Assembly: GCF_006345805.1 (NCBI RefSeq)
Contig: NC_043008.1
Span: 12,152,001-12,216,000 of the forward strand
Direction: 5' to 3'
DNA length: 64,000 nt
DNA from: Octopus sinensis
Lineage: Eukaryota
Positions 52,713 through 64,000 of the stretch are shown piece by piece. The first letter of the stretch is position 1, and each line of letters opens with the position of its first letter. Under the pieces are notes generated by a model. It was not told where the DNA came from, did no database searches, and saw only the letters and a program-made list of their open reading frames with translations. The position numbers and the translations under genes are program-made.

Positions 52713-54340
52713 TGTATGTATGTATGCATGTATGTATGTATCACACATGTGCTTTTGGCAATTTCTTTTCCTTTTTTGGACTTTTTTCCTTTTCGACAGA
52801 GAGCTATGCCCACAATGTCAAGCTCTCTCTTTTCACCAAGCATCAGGCAGATACATTTTTTGTCCACATCCTCCTGTTGTCTGTTAATTTTACTCATTTA
52901 CTTGAATTGGTTATTCGAATTGACTACGTATGTGTGTGTATGTGTGTGTGCTTGTGTTTGTGCTTGTTTGTCCCCCTCCCCACTACTCGTCAACCATTGT
53001 TGGTTTGTTTACATCCTCATAACTTTGCCGTTTGGCAAAAGGGACCAACAGAATAAGTACGGGACTTTGCAAAATTAAAAAAAAGTACTGTGGTCTATTT
53101 GTTTAAACTAAAAACTCTCCAGGGAAGTGCTCCAGCATGGCTACAGCCTGATGACTGATACTAGCAGTTGATCTGATCAGAAGGAACTTCTTGAGCCATG
53201 CCTGGCTCATAAGGGCCGGTTTCCCGGTTTCTTGGCATATAGGTTCCCCACCGGGACGGGACGCCAGTCCGTCGCAGGTGAGCTGCAAGATTCAGGAGGA
53301 AAGTTGAGAAAGGTGAGAGAAAGTTGTGGTGAAAGAGTCAGCAAAAGTTTGCCATTACCTTCTGCCGGAACCACATAGAGCTTAGGTGTTTCGATCATAA
53401 ACACACACATCACCCGGTCTGAGATTCGAACCCACGATCCCTTGACCGTGAGTCCGCTGCTCTAACCACTAGGCCATATGCCTCCACAGACGGAACTGGT
53501 TGCTCATGTAATTAATGTGCGAGCGACTGAGCTCTCTGTGCGCACATGTGGCCTTAATGTAGTTCTGAGGGAGATTCAGCATGATATAGAATGTATCAAG
53601 GCCGACCCTTTGAATTACAGGTACAAGTCATTTTTGCTAGCTGAGTGGACTAGAGAAAAGTGAAATAAAGTGTCTTGCTCAAGAACTCAATGTGCGTCAC
53701 CGGGAATTGAACTCATGGTTTTATTATCATAAACTGGTTAGTTTAACCACTAAGCGATGTGCCTTCGCTAACAGATACAGGTAAAATATGAAAGATAATC
53801 CAAACATCTAATCTATTTCCTTCCTAAAACTCTCAATTAATGTGCGAGCGACTGAGCTCTCTGTGCGCACATGTGGCTTTAATGTAGTTCTGAGGGGGAT
53901 TCAGCATGTTATAGAATGTATCAAGGCCAACCCTTTGAATTACTGGTACAAGTCATTTTTGCTAGCTGAGTGGACTAGAGAAAAGTGAAATAAAGTGTCT
54001 TGCTCAAGGACACCAAGCATTACTGGGAATTGAACTCATGGTTTTATTATCATAAACTGGTAGGTTTAACCACTAAGTCACGTGCCTTTGCTAACAGATA
54101 CAGGTAAAATATGAAAGATAACCCAAAAATCTAATCTATTTCCTTCCTAAAACTCTCAAATCTTATTAACGAGCACACCTCACAGAAACTGTGTTTTAAC
54201 TCGCTGCTCTCCAGATACCATTCCCCAGTAAAAACAAAAGTAATTCTTTCTGTTGATCATGTTTCATATAATCATTTCTGGATGACTGTCAAACGATATA
54301 AATACCTGTGAATGAGGTGTTTGGATTCTGAGATGTTTAC

Positions 54341-54458
54341 CTCCCAGCAAGTATACGCATCGCATACTTGTCAGCGTATCGTTTTACATTCACTGACACC
54401 GTTACGGTGAAATAACTATCGTGTCTTGTCTTTTGTATCAAACACCGAGAAATCACAC
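54341..54458 (-). CDS. Candidate exon (VISRCLIQKTRHDSYFTVTVSVNVKRYADKYAMRILAG)
   Basis: tttttttatgtcgtcaaatacag acceptor, GAG|GTAAAC donor, 118 nt, only one frame open, phase 1 to 2. Confidence 0.55.
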
Positions 54459-54775
54459 CTGTATTTGACGACATAAAAAAAAGTGTAACAGTATAAATAA
54501 GACACACCTTAATTTCAGCAGCGCATATTAAAAAACACAACAAAAAAACAAGGTTTTATTGCAGTAAAGACCACGGGAGGTGCATTTTCACATATACATC
54601 CTTGAGTGATTATTTTTTGGGGACACAGACAGTATGTCTCGTATGCCTTCAGATATGGTACAAAAACCTTCACCTTCCCGAATTCAAACATTAAGATTTA
54701 CAAGAATTTATGTGTGTGTTACAATATTTCCATCTCAAGCTCTCCTACTAATGGTATTATCTGTTATCTTTCTAC

Positions 54776-54813
<38 letters not shown>

Positions 54814-54814
<1 letters not shown>

Positions 54815-54991
54815 TGGAGTAAACACATAAATGTGAAACAAGGTGGTAAAAAAAGCAGAAATTCAACAAAACCTCTTACTCGGAGTTTCACGTTCACGTT
54901 CGTCGGACAGTTTTTGTTAACAAAAACTGCCCAACGAGTAACATGATCCGAGTAACAGGTTTTGTTGAATTTCTGCTGCTTTTAAATAAAG
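54814..54991. mobile_element. Second PLE-like palindromic insertion in (TA)n
   Basis: Inverted arms 54854-54918 and 54919-54977 centred on GTT|AAC; (TA)n flanks. Confidence 0.65.
54873..54910 (-). ncRNA. Type I hammerhead-like motif, U4C core variant
   Basis: CUGU-CCGACGA-ACG(UGAA)CGU-GAAA-CUC(C)GAG-UA-A(G)AG. Sister copies (54922-54960, 46048-46092) keep ACAG for stem I. Confidence 0.6.
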
Positions 54992-55595
54992 TATATATAT
55001 ATATACTCCTGTCCTCTTCACTGTTCCCTCTCTCTCACTCTTCCTCCTTGACTCTCTTGTCACTGACACATGATGAAAGAGAAGCTATTTTTCTGCCCAT
55101 TTCCTTGCTAAAGACAACACGTGCTTATACCTATCTCCTCTCATAAGCTCGTCTTCCTAGTGTTCATAATTTTTCTATCGTCTTGGCTTAACAGCCCTCA
55201 CCGTTTGTTTTTACCGTCTTGTTCTAACTGTCCTGTTCTTGTTACCACTTTCACCCGCCGCAAAATATCCCAAATTTTATTTAATTTCCTTTGCGGGAAG
55301 GACTGTTTCAAGGAAGTTGCGTATTGTCCTTGCCTTCGAAATGTGGAGTAGATGAAATAGGGACAACTGAAGAAGGGGAATATTCTTAATGTTGCCTGTC
55401 TCATTTCTCTGTTGTTTTTTTGTTGTTTGAAAAAAAGTTCGCTTTCTATGTTTTTATTTTTATGTTTCCGCTTATTGTGTTCAACTTTTTGTTTTTTGAT
55501 GTCCTGTACCCATATATGCATGTATATATACATATATATGTAGGTATGTACATATCTGTATGTATGTATGCATATGTTTTATTTATTATTTATAT

Positions 55596-55637
<42 letters not shown>

Positions 55638-55817
55638 CTGTAAAAGTAATCATCATCATCGTTTAACATCCGCTTTCCATGGGTTGGACGATTTTGACTG
55701 AGGGCTGCCAAAGCAGATGGCTGCACCAGGCTCCAATCTTGATTTGGCAGAGTTTCTACGGCTGGATGCCCTTCCTAACGCCAATATGTGACAATTATTC
55801 AGTAGCCATGATAAAAC

Positions 55818-55869
55818 TCAGAGTTTCAGACGTCAAGGTGGAAATCCAGGCTGCCATCTCTTCAGTTAT
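55818..55869 (-). CDS. Candidate exon (ITEEMAAWISTLTSETL)
   Basis: Strong ttttttctgattgccag acceptor; weak GTTTTA donor (or read-through to TAA at 55795); phase 0 to 1. Confidence 0.35.
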
Positions 55870-57301
55870 CTGGCAATCAGAAAAAATGCTATGAAAAATG
55901 ACCGTTATACAAAGGGAAATTAGTGTGTGATTGACCATTATTAAGACAAAAGACCTATTTGAATGACCGCTAAGTGAGGGGAGGAAGTAAAGTAAGGGGG
56001 TAAAAAGGTTCATAGTATTCGAGTATGCACGCATATTCATACCTACACATGTGCACTTGCACACCATGTGCATGCGCCCAGAAGTATACACTTGTCCACC
56101 CTCACTTGAAACGTACACAACCTCACCCATACCATTCGCCAAATATATCATCATCATCATCATCATCATCATCATTATCATCATCATTGTCATTGTTGTC
56201 ATCATCATTACCACCACCACCACCACCACCACCACTAAGGTCATCATCACCATCCTCGAATAATGTCTGATTTCCATGCAGGTCTGGGGTCGGACACTTT
56301 GATAGATGTTGGTAAGGCCAGAGGGCCACACCAGTGGTTTCTAATAACTATATGCCCTTCCTAACACCAACCACTTTACAGAAATGTACTGAATGCCTTT
56401 TTATGTGGTGCCAGCACCAGTGCTTTTGTGTAAGTGGCACCAGCTCCAATGGGGTCCCTGACTAACTTGCAAGGAGGAGACCCCTTCAATCATGAATGAC
56501 CATGGGATTGCACCTAGAAAGTTAAACTCCGAGGCACAAGTCCGAGCAAGGTTGTTTGTGGAAGGCCAGCAGTCACCCAAGTATACCAGCCTCCCCTCTT
56601 CCACACCATTGATGTTATCCAAGGGAAAGGCAAAGGGGCCAATACACCTTGGCACCTGTGACGTCGCAACTCATTTCTACAGCTGAGTGAACTGGAGCAA
56701 CGTGAAATTAAGTGTCTTGCTCAAGAACACAACACACAGCCCGGTCCAGGATTCGAACTCACAACCTCACGATCTTAAGCTCGATGCTCTAACCACTGAG
56801 CCATGTTCCTTCACAACTTGCAAGACTAAAAAAAAAAACCTCAATTGGAAGGAGGGAGTAGTACTGAGGTGAGAATGGTGGTAGTGGTTTTGTACCTCAG
56901 ATATTGATTAATCTTCTGTTTGGAAATTTTTTGATTCATTAACCATTTAAATGCTTTAGAAAACTAGCTTCGTTTCTTCAATAATTAACACCAAAAAAAT
57001 GATTGTAAGAAATGGAAAATGTGTTTTCTTAATTTTTAACTGTTTAGCATTCCGATTACTCTGTCAAATGTTCTGCTTATTTACTCACATTGTTTTGGAA
57101 TTCTGCCGAGGTCAACTTTGCCTTTCATCCTTTCGGTGGTCAAGGAAGTAGGTGGGTACCAGTTGAGTACTGGGGTCGATGTAATCAACTGTCTCACTCA
57201 CTCAAAATTTCAGGCCTTGTGCCTGTAGCAGAAAGGATTATTTTGAATTTGTCAAGCATTCTCTCATAGCTTTGAGAGATTTTGATGTCATCGTCATCGT
57301 C

Positions 57302-57333
<32 letters not shown>

Positions 57334-58137
57334 CATCATTTAATGTCCATTGTCCATGCTGGCATGGGTTGGATGGTTTGACTGGGCTGGCATACAGGAA
57401 GGCTGTGCCAGGCCCCAGTCTGATTTGGCATGGTATTCTATGGCTGGATGCCCTTCCTAATGCCAACCACTCCAAAAGTGCAATAGGCACTTTTACATGC
57501 CACTGGCATGGGTGCCATTTGAGTGTCACCAGTATCTGCCACGACTGCAATTTTGCTCACCTTGATGGTCCTTCCACTCAAGCACGACATAATGCCAAAG
57601 ATCTTGGTCATTGCCTCTGTGAAGCCCAACACTTGAAAAGAACTCAGCCACTGGAACGAACCCAGAACCATGTGGTTAGTAAGCAAAGCTACTTACCACA
57701 CAGCCACTTGGATTAAAGTTGGTTTTGTCTTTTACCGACCAAATATATCTTGTCTTTTTAGCCTGTCTGTATAATTTGTCATTTAGTACGTTACATCGTT
57801 CAGTTGCAAAAAGTATATTATAACAAATTTTTGAGAAGATTAACAAAAACAAAAAAAAAATAAATAAATAAATAAAAGAAAAAAATAACAGAATTGCATG
57901 TTGCTGTAGAGGACAGTATCATTAATGGAATTGGAAGGGGAACAAGAAAAAAAAAAACCAAAGAAGTAAATATAAAAAATATATATAAAAAATTTATTCA
58001 AGCCATCAATTCTGAAATAAAAGAAAAAACTATGCAAAATAAAAAAAAATAGAAGGGAAAAAAAAAGGTAACTCAAAAGTTTGGCTCCTACTCAATCAAA
58101 GAAATTGGGCAGATTCTATCAATTGGTATTTCATCAC

Positions 58138-58216
58138 ATCAATGGCAGGGAGCCAATCTTCAGGTGTCTGCATCTTTTGCAGGTGTTCTTCTCTGCCAGA
58201 AAATATGGCCAAAACT
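58138..58216 (-). CDS. Candidate exon (VLAIFSGREEHLQKMQTPEDWLPAID)
   Basis: gtctttctaag acceptor, GTGATG donor, 79 nt, phase 2 to 0. A competing open frame exists on the + strand. Confidence 0.35.
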
Positions 58217-58314
58217 CTTAGAAAGACTTAATTCCATAACAAAGGAACTAGGAGCGGCTTCTACACCATTTAAAGACTTTAGACATTCTGTGTCTATTTT
58301 ATTACGCCTGTATG

Positions 58315-58857
58315 TACACATACATATATACATACATACATACGCACATACATACATACGCACATACATACATACATACGCACATACATACATACGCACA
58401 TACATACATACATACATACATACATACATACGCACATACATACATACGCACATACATACATACATACATACATACGCACATACGTACATATATACATACA
58501 TATATACATACATACACATACATACATACATACATGCATACATACATATATACATACGTATATACATACATATATGCATACATATACATATATACACACA
58601 TACATACATACATATATACATACATATATAAATATATACATATATACATACATATACATATATACACACATACATACATACTCCATTTAAAGACTTTAGA
58701 CATTTTGTGTCTATTTTATCACGCGTGTATATACACATACTTACATATATACAAGCATACATTCGTACGTACATACATACATACAAACACACATACATAC
58801 ATACATACATACATACATACATACATACAAACATACACACATACATACATACATACA

Positions 58858-58892
<35 letters not shown>

Positions 58893-59242
58893 CTACATAC
58901 ATATATACATACATATACATACACACATACACACACACATACATACATTCATACACACACACATACATACATACACACATACATACACACACACATACAT
59001 ACATACACACATACACACACACATGCATACATACACACATACATACACACACACATACATACATACATACACACACATACATACATACATACACACACAC
59101 ATACATACATACATACATACACACATACATACATACATACATACACACACACGTACATACATACATACATACACACATTCACACACACACACATACATAC
59201 ATTCCTACATGCATACATACACACACACATACATACATACAT
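58315..59242. repeat. (CATA)n/(CA)n array; (TAGA)n array at 8735-8975
   Basis: Direct reading. Confidence 0.95.
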
Positions 59243-59360
59243 AGTTTTTGACTTTGTAATTTTTCCTTTTCACACCATCAGTTTCCAGAATTTTTATCGG
59301 TAAATCATTCTTACCACCTATTTTATCTGCATTCACACATTTGCATATTCTAGCATTCAC

Positions 59361-59419
59361 AAGGGACTTTTATTCAAGCCCCTTCTTTCAGTCCTCTGCA
59401 GAGCATCTTCTATTGTAAT
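59361..59419 (-). CDS. Candidate exon of unidentified minus-strand gene (ITIEDALQRTERRGLNKSP)
   Basis: TAG acceptor, GTGAAT donor, 59 nt, phase 0 to 2; fits the next candidate exon. Confidence 0.25.
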
Positions 59420-59536
59420 CTAGTTTCATAACTAACGAGTGTGATTAGTTTTTTTTTGGTATTTGGTTTGCAAAATTCTTGAATTGCATTTGTGTGTTGG
59501 AACAAATCCAGTTAGGTCTTGCAAGGGTTATAACGC

Positions 59537-59595
<59 letters not shown>

Positions 59596-59735
59596 GTACA
59601 ACACCAAAAAAAACAACAAATATATGGCACACTAGGCATAACAACAACATGAACTTCCAACCTGTTGTCTCTTGAGGTCTCTGGGTGAGACTTGGAGCCA
59701 ACTTGTTCAAAAACATAAAGCAAAAGTCAAACATA

Positions 59736-59821
<86 letters not shown>

Positions 59822-59834
59822 GTAATAATAATAA

Positions 59835-60392
59835 TAAATGCCCTGATGCAGTACCAGGCAGTGGCTCTCGCGGCTTCTGATCTTAACTCATTGGAAGTGT
59901 TATCATGTACATTGTTTTGTCTTGGTATAAAAGATGGGCTACAGCAAATATTCTGCTCAATACCACAGATTTGTTTGTCAGTTGTTTGACCTTAACCAGT
60001 TGAGCATGTCCCTTAGTGGCTGACGATATGTGCATCTCTGATCACGAGCAAAAGTAGTGGGGGAGCATCATAGCCATGTGTTGAGAGGGATTCTTTGGGG
60101 TTTGAATAGTTCACCTCTGGAAACATGGGTGGTTCTTTCAACATCCTTAAACAACCCTTATTCAGGGACCTTTTGAGTGGGATGGACTACTTGACTTGAA
60201 GAAAATTCTAACTGGGCTCCACCTGCAAGGTCATGCGCTGTTTGTCTTGATATGAGATCACCATGTCGCGCACATATGGTTGTGATGCATGTGCCTGGTG
60301 TACGCTTATCAGACGGGTAGTCATGATGGGGGTACTGGGCTTCGTATATTTTACCCCAGTGTCACTTTGATGGCATGCACTGCTCTCTCACT
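59835..60392 (+). mobile_element. Retroposon 3' segment between (AAT)n arrays; 5'-truncated copy at 18915-19217 (-)
   Basis: The two copies share their 3' about 300 nt and end in ctcact+(AAT)n. Confidence 0.7.
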
Positions 60393-60463
<71 letters not shown>

Positions 60464-60536
60464 AATAATAATAATAATGATAATAATAATAAAGATAATA
60501 ATGATAATAATAATAAAGATAATAATGATAATAATG

Positions 60537-60573
<37 letters not shown>

Positions 60574-61272
60574 TAATAATAATAATAATAATAATGATAA
60601 TTAATAATAATAATAAGCACACCGGTTCATTATCACATCTTTGTAGGCACAGGTGTGGCTGTGTGGTGAGAAGTTTGCTTCCCATCCACATGGCTCCGGG
60701 TTCAGTCCCACTGTGTGGTACATTGGACAAGTTGTCTTGTACTATAGTCTTGGGCCAACCAAAGCCTTGTGAGTGGATTTGGAAGACGGAAACTGAAAGA
60801 AGCCCGTCGTATTGGTGTGTGTGTGTGTCTTAATGTCTGTGTTTGTCTGCTTGACAATTGGTGCTGCTGTGCTTACATCACTGTAACTTAGCAGTTTGAC
60901 AAAAAAGACTGATAGAATAAATACCAGGCTGTAAAAAATATGCACTGGTGTCAATACATTTGACTAAAAGTTCTTTGACACAGTGCCCCAGCATGGCCGC
61001 AGCTTAATGTCTGATACAAGTAAAAGATATAAGATAAAAGATATCATTAATCATTCAGTAAGATAGCTAATCAACTAACTAATTAATCACTAATTTAATG
61101 TGCTGGTTAAGCCATCATTTGATTGTTTGTCTGTCAAAGTCCTTTCATCACTCTTCATTACTTCATCATTGACATGCCCTCTCTCATCAAAGTCTGCTTT
61201 GTTTATTATTCTCATTATTATTATTATTATATTATTATTATTATTATTATTATTATTATCATCATCATCATT

Positions 61273-61319
<47 letters not shown>

Positions 61320-61322
<3 letters not shown>

Positions 61323-61755
61323 TGCCTTTGCACAGCTTCTAATGCTGGAGATGTACTACGGGGTCAGCTGTTCAATACCAGTGAACTAAGGTAACACCCC
61401 ATATTTTTCAAGCAACTTCTGGAATATTTGAGTGGTTTCTAGCAGTGCTGTTTTCTGCAAGTTCTCCACCCCATATTGCAGCCCCTATTTGTTCCATGTA
61501 CTTCTCAAGACTTTTCGCTCACTGTTCCCAAGGCTCTGACAATTATTGGTACTACTGCTACCTTTTTTATCGACCACAACTGCTTAACATCCCAAGCTAA
61601 CCTGTCATATCTCTCGACTTTTCTTTCTTCCTTATCGCATACCTTGTTGTCAGCAGGGCATGCTATATCTATGATCCAGTATAGTTTGTTTTCTTTCTCA
61701 ATTAAGACTATGTCTGGCTTCCTATTCTCAATCTCATGGTCAACTGAATCATAAA
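61320..61755 (-). pseudogene. RLE-type non-LTR retrotransposon 3' fragment, frameshifted
   Basis: RKPDIVLIE...IIDIACPAD..KE.RKV.RY..VPIIVRALG contains the PD..D..K motif; (GAT)n/(AAT)n tail. Confidence 0.85.
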
Positions 61756-62980
61756 ATCCCATAGGATCTTTGCATTTCTATTTTCGACGATGCCTTCAGG
61801 CTTGTGGTCTTACCAATTTTTTTCCTCTGTCAAGTCCATTATTATCATTATTATTATTATTGGCAGAATCATTTGCATGCTGGCCAAAATGCATAGTGGT
61901 ACTTCACCTGTCTTTTATGTTCTGAGTTCAAATTCTGCCGAAGTCAGCTTTCCCTTTCATCCTTTCAGGGTCAATAATTTAAGTACCAGTGAAACACTGG
62001 GGTCAATGTAATCGACATAATTCTCCTCCCCAAGTTAACCTTGTGACAAAAATTTGAAATCATCATCATCATCATCATCATCATTATTATTATTATTATT
62101 GTTATTGTTATTATTATTATTATCATTATTATTATTATCATTATTATTATTATTATTATTATTATCATTATTGTTATTATTATCATTACCGGTGCAATGA
62201 CCCTTCCAAGACATAGCAAGACTGATCTGACCATACTGTAATCATCCACAAACAACACAGTGGTGACATCACTGCTTTACTCGTTAATTATGCTCCTCGT
62301 CAACAGTTCTATTTTCGGGTCTGTATTTGTGCAGGTTGGAAAGCAGATGGGAAGATGTGTACTTAGGAACAGAGAGAAGACATCACATTGGTAACAATAA
62401 CAAAATGTTTATTAAGGAAGAGAAAGAAAAGATGGAGAGGGAAAGAGGGTGAGAGAGAGAAAGAGGGAGAAAGAGAAAAGAGGGAGAGAGAAAGAAAAAT
62501 GAGGGAGAGGGCGTGAGAGAAAAAGATAGAGAGAAAAAGGAGAGAGAAAAAGAGGAAGAGAGAAAGGAAAATGAGAAAGAAAAAGATGGAGAGAGAAAAG
62601 GAAGGAGAGAGAGAGAAAGAGGGAAAGAGAGAGAAAAAGAAGTAGAGAGAGAGAAAGAGGGAGAGAAAAAGAAGGAGAGAGAAAAAGAGGAACAGAGAAA
62701 GAAGAATGATAGAGAGAAAGAGAAAAACACGGAGGGAGAGAAAAAGATAGAGAGAGAGAGAGAAAGAGGGAGAGAGAGAAAAAGAGGGAGAGAGTTGATA
62801 AATTTGCATAAAATGCAAATTTATTATACTGACTTTAAAAACCAAATTATAGAATAGAATTCTTTTTCATTTGTAACAACGTACATATTATATATGTGTG
62901 TGTGTGTGTGCACGTACATGGGCATACATATATAAATTTGTGTATGTATATATATATATATATATAGATATATATATATA

Positions 62981-63012
<32 letters not shown>

Positions 63013-63061
63013 ATATATATATATACACATATATATATACAAATATATATATATACATATG

Positions 63062-63151
<90 letters not shown>

Positions 63152-63599
63152 TACATATGTATATATACATATATACATATATATATATATATTTGATCAC
63201 ACACACACACAAACACATACACACACATATCTATTTAAATAGGGGAAAAAAAAACCCAGCAGATTGCAATCACAAGGTTATCGAATGAATATATTCTTAA
63301 GGCTGCATTTTCAAAATGCAAGCATTTGTGAACAGAAATGTTGTCAAAATTGTTACCGTTAAAGAGCTGACTTGAATAAATAAAGCGTTAGGTAAATGCA
63401 AAAAGAAAGGAAAACAATGGTTTGGGTTATTTTGGGGTGGCGGGCGGTTGGGGTATTTCAAGAATTATTCTTCCTATAAATACTACAATTTCCATTGATT
63501 CTTTGGCACGTAACACCCACCACTCACCAAAATGGTGTTATCAGCTCATTATCTCATTTCTAAGGTGAAATATCATTTATTCAGTCTTAGAACGATATA

Positions 63600-63650
<51 letters not shown>

Positions 63651-64000
63651 TATATATATATATTTCTTTACTACACACATGGGGCTAAACACAGAGGGGA
63701 CAAACAAGGACAGACAAACGGATTAAGTCGATTATATCGACCCAAGTGCGTAACTGGTACTTAATCTATCGACCCTGAAAGGATGAAGGGCAAACTTGAC
63801 CTCGGCGGAATTTGAACTCAGAACGTAACGGCTGACGAAATACGGCTAAGCATTTCACCCGGTGTGCTAACGTTTCTGCCAGCTCACCTTATATATATGT
63901 ATATATATATATATAATCATCATCATCATCATCGTCGTTTAGCGTCCGCTTTCCATGCTGGCATGGGTTGGACAGTGCAACTGGGGTCTGGGAAGCCAGA

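Noticed and set aside
55202-55335. Minus-strand exon-like frame QGQYATSLKQSFPQRK...
   Set aside because: Adjoins a degenerate CTGAAGA hammerhead-like PLE remnant on the + strand; more likely antisense to a repeat.
58191-58310. + strand exon GVLLCQKIWPKLLERLNSITKELG...
   Set aside because: Conflicts with the minus-strand chain and has no + strand partners. Left unresolved rather than called.

Overview
AT-rich, microsatellite-saturated metazoan genomic DNA. The SINE repertoire looks like that of Octopus (recognised from memory, not from a search). Most of the window is (TA)n, (CA)n, (CAT)n, (AAT)n, (TAGA)n and (CATA)n arrays plus many copies of about seven SINE-like families, LINE fragments (CR1/L2-type RT, RLE-type, RTE 3' end) and MITEs. 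Nearly all ORFs in the supplied track are microsatellite or SINE artefacts. Two things stand out. (1) Several distinct Penelope-like (PLE) repeat families carry type I hammerhead ribozyme motifs. They include two palindromic head-to-head double-ribozyme insertions in (TA)n (6712-6828, 54854-54977) and a tRNA-headed SINE with a hammerhead in its tail (three copies, two of them with inversions). (2) Short unique islands on the minus strand have GT-AG boundaries and can be joined, phase-consistently, into a tentative multi-exon protein-coding gene over about 20.4-59.4 kb. I cannot name its product, and the model had many degrees of freedom. Several local tandem duplications preserve filled and empty insertion sites. 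All alignments and folds were done by eye.
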